Assembly (NCBI GenBank): GCA_002104945.1
Contig: MCFH01000178.1
Location: 1 to 21,069 of the forward strand
Source: Piromyces finnis finn
Taxonomy: Eukaryota; Fungi; Neocallimastigomycota
Reading direction: 5' to 3'
Length of the DNA stretch: 21,069 nucleotides
Part shown: positions 11,001 through 20,347 of the stretch, in pieces
Layout: every line of letters begins with the position of its first letter
Numbering within the stretch: the first letter of the stretch is position 1
Position numbers and translations under genes: made by a program
The notes under the pieces: generated by a model
Told to the model about the DNA's origin: nothing
The model's input: the letters and a program-made list of their open reading frames with translations, nothing else
The model's database searches: none

Positions 11001-11862
11001 AAAAGAAAATTCCATTGAAGCTTGTAATGTATTAGCAGGTCTTTACCTTTATGGTATTGAAGGTTCTTTATATCATGTTTCCGATTATGAAAAGGCCGGA
11101 CCATTGTTCATGAAGGTACTTAAAAATACTCAACAACAACAAAAGCAATTGAACACCGAATCTACCTATAATCTTGGTATTTGTTACGAAAATATGGATT
11201 CTAAAAAGAAGCGTACACAAGCTATTTCATTCTTTAAATATGCTGCCTTAAATGGACATCCAGGTGCTTCTTTCAAAATGTACAAAATCTATGAAAGAGT
11301 TTCACCAAAAGAAGCTATCAAATGGTTAACTCTTAGTAAGCGTAATGCAACCAAGGAATATCCAGATGGTATCTATGAATATGCTCTTCTTTGTTATAAG
11401 GGTTATGAAAGTGGTGGTATTCCAAAGAATGAGAAATACACCATTTCTTTATTAAAAGAAGCTGCTAATAAATTAGAACATGTTCCAAGTGCTTTGGAAT
11501 TAGGTAAATTCTTTTTAATTAATGAAGGTAATACTTCAACCAATGCTGGAAAATATTTATATAAGGCAGCTTGTAAGGATAATAAGGTAGCTCAATTCAA
11601 ATTAGCTTCATGGTGGGAAAAGCAACAAGTAAAATCTGAAATGAAAAAGAAGGCTTACTTTGAATGGCTTTCCCGTGCTGCTGAAGGTAAGGATGGTTTA
11701 ACAGAAGCTATTTATCGTGTTGGATACTGTTATGAATTAGGTTATGGTGTTACCCCAAACAAAAATATTGCACAATCATTCTATGAAAATGCAGCTGCAA
11801 GAGGATATGTTAAAGCTAAAGAAAAGTTGGAAAAAATGAATAACAATAATGTTGTTAATTAA
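3835..11862 (+). CDS. Giant (~2,680 aa) low-complexity scaffold protein with UBA-like domain and Chs4/Skt5-like SEL1 repeats, interrupted by 5 apparent single-base frameshifts
   Basis: ORFs 3835..5037, 5015..8497 and the stop-free frame 8740..11862 join into one protein-like reading with +1 at A7 (5024-5030) and -1 at 8444-8447, 8558-8560, ~8710 and ~8770. The left palindrome arm has A6 at the first site and reads through (DNEKSIDGS). I saw no convincing internal intron. Confidence 0.75.
5015..8497 (+). CDS. Segment 2 of the large gene: Asn/Ser/Glu-rich disordered region with a PPPY motif and a 21/24-aa tandem repeat array
   Basis: 1160-aa ORF; HPPPPY at 5369-5386; repeat array at 6392-8032. 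Confidence 0.8.
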   Translation: MITKKSIDGSTDISSINLNSNKIDSKQNNSISELSKDATESSENVNQNITNLDGSSSNIKGKDSIKSDMKGRKESQKNESNRIQEESGVNSTSSLLSNDINSSDLNTVNENNFLEKPQHPPPPYSKNDNYSEVNSIIPTQNRHNTIKIPSSFRALNQLANQSIIPNNTIKYNSLNQLVENSSENTDNSISLSQVNENSGNRALNIINEDNTDIDSSSSNYLTGNVDDNVTTVIENTTDNENTNNELSSLNQLVENATKNEKFENDNSIINNNSSTLNQLSENNNDIIKTDVSLTDQSEENTSSSKVENNSQNQIISINQNEKKKVNELVELGHSITNIVKSCYPRGASLQLKYPHINAPLKQNKAKDIADEEISSFDSLSEKNTGLEHIDSNDLKSEDFESTEKNEIDLPESAVSALSSFKNSMDSTSKRNSNDLLKNLNELRNFTIPTRSLQPTNNKDTFSGLNNLINQNEQQEPQQESSFDGLNNLANHYEQELQQESTFNGLNSLANQNEQQEPQQEIAFDGLNGLNSLANQNEQQEPQQEIAFDGLNSLANQYEQQEPQQEVAFSGLNSLVDQNEQQEQQQEIAFGGLNGLNSLVNQNEQQESQQEIAFGGLNSLANQNEQQEPQQESSFDGLNNLVNQNEQQKSQQETTFSGLNSLANQYEQQEPQQEVAFGGLNSLVNQNEQEQQQEIAFNGLNGLNSLVNQNEQQEPQQEIAFGELNGLNSLARRYEQQEPQQEATFNGLNGLNSLVNQNEQQEPQQKIAFGGLNGLNSLVNQNEQQEPQQEIAFGGLNGLNSLANQYEQQEPQQEAIFNGLNGLNSLVNQNEQQEPQQEATFNGLNGLNSLVNQNEQQEPQQEIAFGGLNSLAKRYEQQEPQQETIFSGLNSLANQYEQQEPQQETIFSGLNSLANQYEQQEPQQETIFSGLNSLANQYEQQEPQQETIFSGLNSLANQYEQQEPQQETAFDGLNGLNSLVNQNEQQEPQQEIAFDGLNSLANQYKQQIQVSNLVKDDSIEEDDSEDDSSIVDNSNSSIIFKELHEQVKAQVNAALNNEYDTDAENELVEELEKSNLEHNKSIKPIMLDKELPELPTAKTLTITTTNLPIEEDAPASAPIEQSKQNDNLYIPRSVSAFKLERKIYKTLLKNSAKKVVLLYAN
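6392..8032 (+). repeat. Coding tandem array: ~25 units of 63 or 72 nt, consensus (A/V)NQ(N/Y)EQQEPQQE(I/T)(A/I)F(G/D/S/N)GLN(GLN)SL
   Basis: Counted from the translation: 25 full units plus flanking partial units. Four identical 63-nt copies lie at 7658..7909. Confidence 0.97.
8740..11862 (+). CDS. Segment 3 of the large gene: UBA-like domain plus C-terminal SEL1-like repeats, similar to chitin synthase activator Chs4/Skt5
   Basis: The frame is open from 8740, well upstream of the GTG-called ORF at 9322. It has SEL1 patterns such as AISFFKYAALNGHPGA, AIKWLTLSKRNATKEYPDGIYEYALL and WLSRAAEGKDGLTEAIYRVGYCYELGYGV, whose order resembles fungal Chs4/Skt5 as I recall that family. Confidence 0.85.
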   Translation, partial: WYKKDFNYQTKLLRRKKELSEKSKKHESTENIVKEFDELFKYIGENKDLDVDFFGIFNNICREYGVGTNKSTQEEDQTNNINEEDNDVKANETTTETGNTAIGNDVKITVNEPIQSKEKEVEDKPQEQSQEEQSLLVRKETLSKNKGKSVCIDNSYSENQISDSSSRIYETIPPELLSNEIKRSATTNNNIINNVISQMNRNEDINDYSSNQFIAQQENALLDSASNKENDLLAILFSMGFENTEENLKALRKANNNIDQAVNYLVEEKVPYDVINDIRENDFLEETEQLRRRYQQLSLLNNTLSQNSYQQQSSLQLANINGVYGQYNNGIIQPVIVNPNDSYILQNLNGTNSLLIDNNELNRLLIQQQQQQQQQQMVNKPPAPEYPGYDVMNNNMVLPNTNANTNNAINSMDNNTIPVIESNHNIASNNVIVNNRISGNTSLTQENISLINGNRIIAEDATSIVNNGNNNNININNNRNTNSLSMKINNRESQRGSNTSIIYNMSNSEIMNCCSDDGEDIETNSELSVDVIQEKSNLNNGYDELPITTSTTIDESLQSPVSNQFNNSMDSIQVSLDSPANIESGVSPTSSFYNNMINVDNLSLPRNSPNTSFDSTNQQIQLNAQIQQNQQQILKFQNQLQKMQMRNTQIERFYNNIQSPPEHIPYKTVTWYPKWTSHNSPFSENIVFHVKLNTKNEATLISTLKKRRNEARANPEDYNKVVLFCNHLFSSMKYIQNEQSDILNDALKLLKKSVKENSIEACNVLAGLYLYGIEGSLYHVSDYEKAGPLFMKVLKNTQQQQKQLNTESTYNLGICYENMDSKKKRTQAISFFKYAALNGHPGASFKMYKIYERVSPKEAIKWLTLSKRNATKEYPDGIYEYALLCYKGYESGGIPKNEKYTISLLKEAANKLEHVPSALELGKFFLINEGNTSTNAGKYLYKAACKDNKVAQFKLASWWEKQQVKSEMKKKAYFEWLSRAAEGKDGLTEAIYRVGYCYELGYGVTPNKNIAQSFYENAAARGYVKAKEKLEKMNNNNVVN
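9430..9537 (+). other. UBA-like (ubiquitin-associated) domain
   Basis: DLLAILFSMGFENTEENLKALRKANNNIDQAVNYLV has the UBA hallmark L..MGF loop, the AL...NN.++.A+..L pattern and three-helix spacing. Confidence 0.85.
10975..11835 (+). other. About 7-8 SEL1-like (TPR-related) repeats
   Basis: Recurring A..W/F/Y..AA..G...A...LG..Y..G.G motif through the last ~290 aa. Confidence 0.88.
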
Positions 11863-13052
11863 AATAATATTGTTATTTTTGATTCCCGATAAATATAATA
11901 GAATTTAAGGTCAACATTATTAAAAATATATTTAAAAAATATAAAAACGTCAAAACAAAATATATAAAATAATAATTACAACAAATTACAAAAAATTAAA
12001 ATAAAGAGTAAAAAAAAAAATAATACTTTAAAATTAAAATAAAATAAAATAAAATAAAAATAAATAAATATAAATAAATATAAATAATAGCAATAAATAT
12101 AAATAATTAGAATAATTAGAATATAAAATGTATAAATTACAAATTAATCTAACAAAGAAATAATATTTTTCAATTTTAGTTTTTCAGTTTTTTAATATAT
12201 AGTAATACAATAAAGCATAATATATAAATATATAAAATTCATGTATAAAAAGAAAAAAAAAATAAAAATAAAATAAAATAAATAAAAATATATTTTAAAA
12301 AAAAAAAGTAAAAAAAAATTTTTTAAAGGCATCAAATATTTTTAAACTTAATAATATTCTAAGCATCATAAATTATTATTTTAAGATTATTTATAAGACT
12401 TTATACAAATAATTTATTTTGCATGTTGTAATAGCTTTATAAAAATTTTTTGTTTTTTTTTGTTTTATATTTTTCATGACATTATATCAATATTGATAGT
12501 ACATTTATTTTTATTATACATGTTATAAAAAAAAATAAAATAAAAAAAATATATATTTAAACACAAAAATGAATAAAATCGTATATTTATATATACAAAA
12601 AAAGTATTATACCTTTGGATTATTATTAAATTAACAAATTATACTTATTTCTACTTTTTAAACAATTGCATTAATATAAAAAAGCAATAATAATGATTCC
12701 TTTGATTGATATTACCAATATATAAAATAAATTTTCACAAAATTATTTTTATATAATTTTTTTTATTTAAAAAACAATTTACTAAATCAAATATAAATAT
12801 ATACAATTAAATAATATTTAGAAATAATAAGTATATTAATTAATAAATTTTATCTCTGTTCTTTTCTTAGTTATTATTTTTTCTTTTTTTTTTTTTTTTG
12901 GTCTTTATAAGTTATAAAAAAATTAAATTTGAAAATACAGAAAACTTTTTTCTTTATATTTGTTGTATATATTAAATCTATTAAAACTAAAAATTAAAAA
13001 TATAATAAATGAATAATTTATATTTCCTGATATAAATTGTTCTTTAAGTTGT

Positions 13053-15473
13053 TTAGACACATTGGTGATACCATTCATTAAAAGCAACACAAGTGGAACC
13101 TGATTGACAACAAGTAGCACCAGTGTAGTTATTACCACCACATTGACCCCACTTTGGAACACAGTTAGCATTGTTAGAATTATTGTTGGAACTTGTAGCA
13201 TCACACTTATCAACAGTAACAGTAACAGTGACGGTAACTGGATCACATTTGGTATTTGTGTTTGAAGATGGAATAGTCTTAGTATTACCTGAGGTAGATG
13301 GAATGGTCTTGGTCTTGCTAAGGTTAGATGGAATAGTTTTAGTACCACCGACAGTTGTTGATGGAATAGTCTTGGAACTACCACCAGTAGATGGAATAGT
13401 CTTGGAACTGCCAGCACCACCAGTAGAGGTAATTAAGGTAGCTGGAATAGTCTTGGTCTTGTTTGGAATAGTCTTGGAACTACCACCAGTAGATGGAATA
13501 GTCTTGGAACTGCCAGCACCACCAGTAGAGGTAATTAAAGTGGCTGGAATAGTCTTGGTCTTACTAAGACTAGATGGAATAGTCTTGGAACTACCAGCAC
13601 CACCAGTAGATGTAATTAAAGTGGCTGGAATAGTTTTGGTTTTAGTTGCAATATCTGGAATAGTCTTAGAACTACCAGTACTACCAGTAGATGGAATAGT
13701 CTTGGAACTGCCAGCACCACCAGTAGAGGTAATTAAAGTAGCTGGAATAGTCTTGGTCTTGTTTGGAATAGTCTTGGAACTGCCAGCACCACCAGTAGAG
13801 GTAATTAAGGTAGCTGGAATAGTCTTAGTCTTGTTTGGAATAGTCTTGGAACTGCCAGCACTACCAGTAGATGGAATAGTCTTGGAACTACCAGCACCAG
13901 TAGAGGTAATTAAAGTAGCTGGAATAGTCTTGGTCTTGTTTGGAATGGTCTTAGAACTACCGGCACCAGTAGAGGTAATTAAGGTAGCTGGAATAGTCTT
14001 GGTCTTGTTTGGAATGGTCTTAGAACTACCAGCACCAGTAGAGGTAATTAAAGTAGCTGGAATAGTCTTAGTTTTAGAAACACCTGATGTAATAAGTGAA
14101 GTTGGAATTGTCTTTCCTGAAGCTCCAGTAGTCTTAGTAATAAGATTAGATGGAATAGTCTTGGTTAAATTAATATTTGGAATGGTCTTAGTATTATTAC
14201 TAGTATTTGGAATAGTCTTAGATGAAACGCTTGTAATTTTATCAGCTGGAATAGTCTTGGTTTTCTTAAGAGAATCTGGGACAGTTTTACTACCAGCACT
14301 TGCACTTGGAATAGTCTTTGTACCTGGAACAGTAACACTTGGAATAGTCTTAGTCTTAGAGCTGCTGCCTGCAGTCTTAGTAATAAGATTGCTTGGGATA
14401 GTCTTAGTTAAATTAATACTTGGGATAGTCTTTGTACTTGGCTTTGAAACACTAGCAGCATTATTACTATTTGAAGTAGCTGGTCTAGCTTCCTTCTTTA
14501 AAATGTCGAGTAAAGTGTTGTAAATTGGTTTTGGTTGGTAATTGTTATTGAATAAAAGAGCTTGTTCATTACCACCTAACCAACTATCACTATCACCAAC
14601 ACCCCAAACAAGGAAAGCCTTACAACAAGAGTTAGCAAGACAAGCCTTTAAAGCGTTAGAGAAAGCTTCAGTTTGACGACTTTGGTTACCTTGTAATTTA
14701 ACATCAAGTTCGGTAATGTGAACTTCAAGACCTAATTTACAATAACGACCAATTAAACCATTAATTTGATTGAAAGTTGGTTGGGATTGAGAACTAACGT
14801 GGTATTGTAAACCAACACCATCAATTGGAATATTACGCTTCTTTAAATCAGCAACGAAATTGTAAATTGATTCAGATTTCGGTAAATGACCTTCAGCGTT
14901 ATAATCATTGTAGAAAAGTTTAGTGTTTGGAGAAACTTTACGAGCAGTTTCAAAAGCAATATCAATAAAGTTTGGAACTTTTTGACGAAGGAAAGAATTA
15001 CGTAACATAAAACCTTGACCATTTGAACTATCATCAACAGCTTCGTTAACAACATCCCAAGCCTTGATTTTACCTTCATAATGTTGTAAAGTCTTAGTAA
15101 TGTGATCAACAATAGCATTCTTTAAAGTATTAGAATCAGCATTTTCAAACCAAGATGGTTGATAAGCATGCCAGATAAGACAGTGACCACGGAATTCCAT
15201 ACCTAATTCCTTTGCCTTATTGTAATGAGCATCACAATCATTGAAATTGTAAACACCTTTTTGTTGTTGGATACCTGAAAGTTTACAACCATTTTCTGCA
15301 ACCATCATATTGAATGCCTTCATAGCATTATTGTAATTACCATTATTGAATCTATTTGTGTTGGCAGCAACACCAACCTTTAAATCTCCAGCAAAGTCCT
15401 TTAATAAATCATATGCACTTGCTGATGCAACAAAAGTTGAAATTAAAATTTTATTGATTGTACTGAATTTCAT
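13053..15473 (-). CDS. Secreted endo-1,4-beta-xylanase: signal peptide, GH10 domain, repetitive KTIP linker and C-terminal CBM1 (XynB-type architecture of anaerobic fungi)
   Basis: Signal peptide [22 protein letters not shown]10 motifs [15 protein letters not shown] (acid/base E144), YNDYN, GLQYH and ITELDV (nucleophile E255). C-terminal [36 protein letters not shown] is a CBM1. The 806-aa ORF is intact and intronless. Confidence 0.96.
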   Translation of the reverse strand: MKFSTINKILISTFVASASAYDLLKDFAGDLKVGVAANTNRFNNGNYNNAMKAFNMMVAENGCKLSGIQQQKGVYNFNDCDAHYNKAKELGMEFRGHCLIWHAYQPSWFENADSNTLKNAIVDHITKTLQHYEGKIKAWDVVNEAVDDSSNGQGFMLRNSFLRQKVPNFIDIAFETARKVSPNTKLFYNDYNAEGHLPKSESIYNFVADLKKRNIPIDGVGLQYHVSSQSQPTFNQINGLIGRYCKLGLEVHITELDVKLQGNQSRQTEAFSNALKACLANSCCKAFLVWGVGDSDSWLGGNEQALLFNNNYQPKPIYNTLLDILKKEARPATSNSNNAASVSKPSTKTIPSINLTKTIPSNLITKTAGSSSKTKTIPSVTVPGTKTIPSASAGSKTVPDSLKKTKTIPADKITSVSSKTIPNTSNNTKTIPNINLTKTIPSNLITKTTGASGKTIPTSLITSGVSKTKTIPATLITSTGAGSSKTIPNKTKTIPATLITSTGAGSSKTIPNKTKTIPATLITSTGAGSSKTIPSTGSAGSSKTIPNKTKTIPATLITSTGGAGSSKTIPNKTKTIPATLITSTGGAGSSKTIPSTGSTGSSKTIPDIATKTKTIPATLITSTGGAGSSKTIPSSLSKTKTIPATLITSTGGAGSSKTIPSTGGSSKTIPNKTKTIPATLITSTGGAGSSKTIPSTGGSSKTIPSTTVGGTKTIPSNLSKTKTIPSTSGNTKTIPSSNTNTKCDPVTVTVTVTVDKCDATSSNNNSNNANCVPKWGQCGGNNYTGATCCQSGSTCVAFNEWYHQCV
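13056..13163 (-). other. CBM1 fungal cellulose-binding module
   Basis: WGQCGG...Y.G.T.C...C...N.WY.QC signature with six Cys. Confidence 0.95.
13269..14432 (-). repeat. Coding repeat linker: 33 KT(I/V)P motifs, including 8 copies of [14 protein letters not shown](G)AGSS
   Basis: Counted from the translation. On the + strand it appears as recurring ggaatagtctt. Confidence 0.95.
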
Positions 15474-16841
15474 TTTTATATTTTATTTATTTATATAAAT
15501 ATAAATATTTTATATGTTATTTATTAAATATATATTGATTTTCTTTCTTAACTCTTTTTGCTTTATTTAATCTTAAAAATAAAAAAATTAATATATTTTA
15601 AACTATTATATAATATTATAAATATTTATTAATATTATATAAATAATTATTAAAACAAGAAAAAAAAGCTAAAACTATCAAAAATTATGAAAAAATTTTT
15701 ATCTTATATATAAAAATATTTTTTTATCTTTGGAAATTCTTTTATTTTTAATATAAAAATAAACTTTTTAATTTAAAATAAATTTATATTAATATATTAA
15801 AGTTGTAGATTTGCGGTATATAAAACATCGTGTAAAATGTTGCACGCTTATATATTTTTAAAACAAATTAAATATATATTATTAGCCAATTAAACAAAAA
15901 GAAAATTAATTCTATTAATGAACAATATTAAATGATCTACAAATGTTGATTATCAATTAAAACTAATTATAAATATATTAATAGAATTATCAATATATTA
16001 TTTTTTAAAAAAATTCTTAATATAAATGATGCTCCTTTATAAATTAAAATTATAAAAATTAAAACAAATATAATATAAATATGTTTACTTCTTTTAAATA
16101 ATTTTTTTTTGTTAACAACACTTAAAGTGAAGGAAAGAAATTACACTATTATTTTAAATAAAATTTATTTTATTTATTATTACTTAAAAAATGGAATTTG
16201 TTTAAATATATATTTTATATTGTTATATTATAATATATAATTACACAACATTATTAAAATAATACTACATTTATTCTTAATTCAAATTTTAATTTATACA
16301 TATTATAATTATAATAATTAAAATTATTGTAATTTAAATTAAAATTATTTATCTTCAATTACTACATAAATTTGTGTAACATTTTATGATACAATGAAAA
16401 TCAAATGTATATATGTTTTGAAATATATAAAAAATAAAACCTTTAAAACTTTATATCTACAGAAGTAACAAAGTACAATAATAGTTTTGTGCTCGATGCA
16501 AATAAACCTAGTTCAAGCTACGTTTCATATACATTTCCTTAATTAAAATTGAAGAATTAGCCATAATTTAAAGAAATCTATACAATATAAAAATATTTAC
16601 TACTTTTATTATCAATTTAATTATAGAATATTAATTAACATTTTCCCATATAGTTAAAATAATTTTAGTTACATTAGCTTATTCAAATAGTATTTAATAA
16701 TTCTGTCTATTAAAAATTTCAATGATAGGATAAAAATTATTAAAGTTTTATCTATTTTATTAAAATTAAAATATTTTACATTTATTAATGTTTAATATAA
16801 AATAAGGTTTTAAAGAAATTTAATATGAAATAAACTTTATC

Positions 16842-16898
16842 ATTTATTTATTATTTATTTATTTATCTATTTATTTATTTATTTATTTATTTATCTAT

Positions 16899-16941
<43 letters not shown>

Positions 16942-16947
16942 TTATTT
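16842..16947. repeat. (TATT)n microsatellite, ~25 units, with two TCTA variants
   Basis: Read directly from the sequence. Confidence 0.93.
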
Positions 16948-17430
16948 AGTTACTTAGCTTACAAAATTCAACGTTTTCTTTTAAGTGGATTGTTTTTTAA
17001 TTCTAATAAATGATTTTATCCCATCCCAGAATCAAGTAAAGATAAAGAAAGTATTAAAAGTATTTTTAGCCCAAAATGAATATTACTTTTAAAAATGTTA
17101 ACTTGATAATAAAAATTATTTAGGTAATAGAGTTGTTTTCTATAAATAAAAATAAAATATTTTTTAATGTTCACTTTTTCATCAACTCAAATAACTGAAT
17201 TGAAAATTGACTTTGTGGATAAAAAAATTAAGATTAAATCTTTAATATAAAAGAAAAAAAAAACTTAAATCAAAAAATTAATTAATTTTATTAATTAATT
17301 ATTATTAATTTAAATTGTTTGAAATTTTAATAATTAAGTTAGGCTAAATATAACATTAAATCTTTTTATCTTAACAATAATTTATAATAAGAGAATAATT
17401 AGTTTTATTATTATTTAGTAGTGGTATTGC

Positions 17431-17805
<375 letters not shown>

Positions 17806-19618
17806 TTTTTTAATGATAATTTTCAACCAATTGTTTTTCATTAATTATTCAAAAAAAATAATTATTGAAAATTATCACATGTAAAATGATAATCAGGTGT
17901 TATTAATAAAAGTTTCTTTTAATCTAATCTATTGTTTAGTAATATTCTATATATATATGTATATTATTCATTTATCATATGTTTAAACATAGATCATGTG
18001 ATATGTGTTATTTTTATACAAATATTTTATATCTAAAAATAAAAGATTACTATTTATAATTAAATAAATAGAATTAATAATTAATTATATTTACTATTAA
18101 CATCAAGCTATTATTAGAAATAAAAGATAATCTTACTGATATACATCATCTATAATCTTATTAAATTTTCATCATATATAATTCATAGTTAGTAAAACAT
18201 CTTTTTTAACTATGAATAATTAAATATAAATGTTTTAATTAAATTAAAATTTATCATTTATAGTTCTATATATATATAAATTTAATATATTAATTTAAAT
18301 GTAAACATTTGTATTTTTTAAAAAAAAAAAAAAATACTGATGAGTTTAAAAATAATAAAAAAGTAGAAAAGCTTTCTTTTTATACATCTATAGATATTTA
18401 AAAAAGATATAGATACGCTGCATGATATTAACTGAAATGAAAAAAGGCATCATTTTATGTTTTATTTATATATATTTATTAATATAAATTAAAATAGTAA
18501 TAGTGGTAAATAATATTTTAAATTTAAATTCATTAATCTTTATTATAAATGTATTATACTTTTTCATTTATAAATGAAAAGAATTTAATAAGCCAATATA
18601 GGATAAGTAAAAAAAAAAAAAATAATAAGAAAGTTTTTTACACGTAATTCAAAGACTATAAAAAATGAAATAAAAAAAGACAACAAAGATGAAATAAAAA
18701 AACAAAAAAAAAGGCCACTTTAATTATTTTGATCTTTACCTTTACACATCATTTCTTTAATTATTAACTTTATTTTATATTAATTAAATTAATTAAATAT
18801 AAAAATAATAAATTTTAATTATATATAAAAAATCCAATTCTTTTATATCTTTATTCCTTTTTTTCTTTTACCTTTTTTTTTTTTTCTTTCTTTTTCTCAC
18901 TGAAGAAAAAAAAAAAGTAGATTTCTTTATTTCTGTAACTTCTAGAAGTAGATATAAATACATAATACTTCACGCTTATTAAATAAAGAAAAATAAAATA
19001 ATAAAAAGTATGAAAAAGTTTCTTTATAATGATTAACAATAGTATAATAAAAATGAAATATATAATAATAAAAATAGTATTCAAAATAAAAAATAAAAAA
19101 TAAAAAAGAAAGAAAAAATAGAAAAAGTTATTAATAATCAATTATAAAAGCAAAAATAAAAAAATTAAAGAAATTGAAAATTTTAAAAATATAAAAAAAG
19201 ATTATAATACATTTTAGTAATTATATAATACTCAACTTGATGGTCTTTATTCAAATTATTAATAAGATATGTTTTTATTAACTATATATTCTAACGCTAA
19301 TATTATTTTTTATACTATAATTTTTCTTATGCTTTGAAAAAAAATATTCAATAAACTTGGGTTCTCAACTTTAAAATTTTAGTAAATTAATAAAATACAA
19401 AAGTAATAATAAAACTTATTTATACACAAAAAATAAAAAAAGGAGACATTATTTTTAAAAATAGAAAAATAATAATAATAATAAAAAGCATTTAAAATTA
19501 TTTTCAATTCAATATAATTAAATAAATTTCAAATATTAAATAATATAATTATATATAAAATATAAAATATAAAATAGAATTAAAATATTGATATAAAAAA
19601 AAAAAGAAAATAACTAAA

Positions 19619-20347
19619 ATGAAGATTGAAGAAATAAAAGAATATGTTGATAACATTGCAAATTTTGTTAATTTAAAGAGTGTTCTTCCTGATATAGATG
19701 GGTTATTAACAAGTATTATACATAAAGAAATTGAATTTTTGGTCTTTTTAACTATAGTTTACCTTATTACACTTGTTATTAAACAAAGATCAAAATCAAT
19801 GTACAAGTATCTTGTTTCTTTAACTATAGCAGTTATTGCATTATATACCTTTTATATATCTACAATTTTTGATGAAAGTATTAAACAAGGAAAACCAACT
19901 GAAGATGTTATTAAAGGTTTACCACCAATATGTATTTGTATCATTATTAGACTATTCCATATTATTCCACCACTTAAACTTGGTTATTACACCTTACCAT
20001 TATTTATGATTGCCTATTCAATATATTACCACAACTTATTAAGTGGTACACATGTCAAACCAACTAAATCAAAATCAGGCTCCCGTAAACATTCTCATTC
20101 ACACAACAGCAGTAAAATTAAAGAAAAATCTTTAAAGAATTTCATACGTATTAGTTTATCGTTATTTACCGACTTTATTCATTCATTTATTTTATTCTAT
20201 GCTTATACAGTTCTAGTTCTTTTAATATTTATTAATAATAATTATGAATTTACTATCAATTCATTAAACGATAAATCTAGTGCTTATGAAGAGTTATTAA
20301 ATTCCTTGATTTACCTTTCTTTAAATAAACTATTTATTAAAATATAA
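19619..20347 (+). CDS. Hypothetical multi-pass membrane protein (242 aa, ~5 hydrophobic segments)
   Basis: ATG-to-stop ORF with clearly higher GC than its flanks and a varied amino-acid composition. Hydrophobic stretches lie at about aa 40-55, 64-84, 101-137 and 178-205, with a basic K/S/H loop. I do not recognise the family. Confidence 0.75.
   Translation: MKIEEIKEYVDNIANFVNLKSVLPDIDGLLTSIIHKEIEFLVFLTIVYLITLVIKQRSKSMYKYLVSLTIAVIALYTFYISTIFDESIKQGKPTEDVIKGLPPICICIIIRLFHIIPPLKLGYYTLPLFMIAYSIYYHNLLSGTHVKPTKSKSGSRKHSHSHNSSKIKEKSLKNFIRISLSLFTDFIHSFILFYAYTVLVLLIFINNNYEFTINSLNDKSSAYEELLNSLIYLSLNKLFIKI

Noticed and set aside
13171-14523. 450-aa antisense ORF over the xylanase linker
   Set aside because: It is a shadow of the repeat. 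In this register a stop needs a TAx or CAx codon (Tyr/His/Gln) on the xylanase strand, and the linker has none. The ORF spans essentially the Tyr/His/Gln-free stretch.
12923-15118. ORFs 12923..13420 and 14843..15118
   Set aside because: They are alternative frames overlapping the well-supported xylanase and have no independent features.
15882-15890. GGCTAA (XlnR-like, minus strand) and CCAAT upstream of the xylanase
   Set aside because: These are short motifs with an imperfect match, and XlnR is an ascomycete regulator not established in this lineage.
16985-17255. Patchy coding-like text (FYPIPESSKDK..., MFTFSSTQITELKIDF...) faintly suggesting a decayed retroelement or LRR gene
   Set aside because: It has many stops, no sustained frame and no diagnostic motif such as YxDD; it cannot be supported without a search.
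18181-18217. 11-bp perfect inverted repeat attcatagtta/taactatgaat with a 15-nt loop
   Set aside because: Hairpins of this size are expected by chance in DNA this AT-rich, and there is no target-site duplication or second copy.
18851-19141. 96-aa F/I/Y/K-rich ORF
   Set aside because: Its composition is what near-pure A/T DNA gives by chance, with no GC rise.
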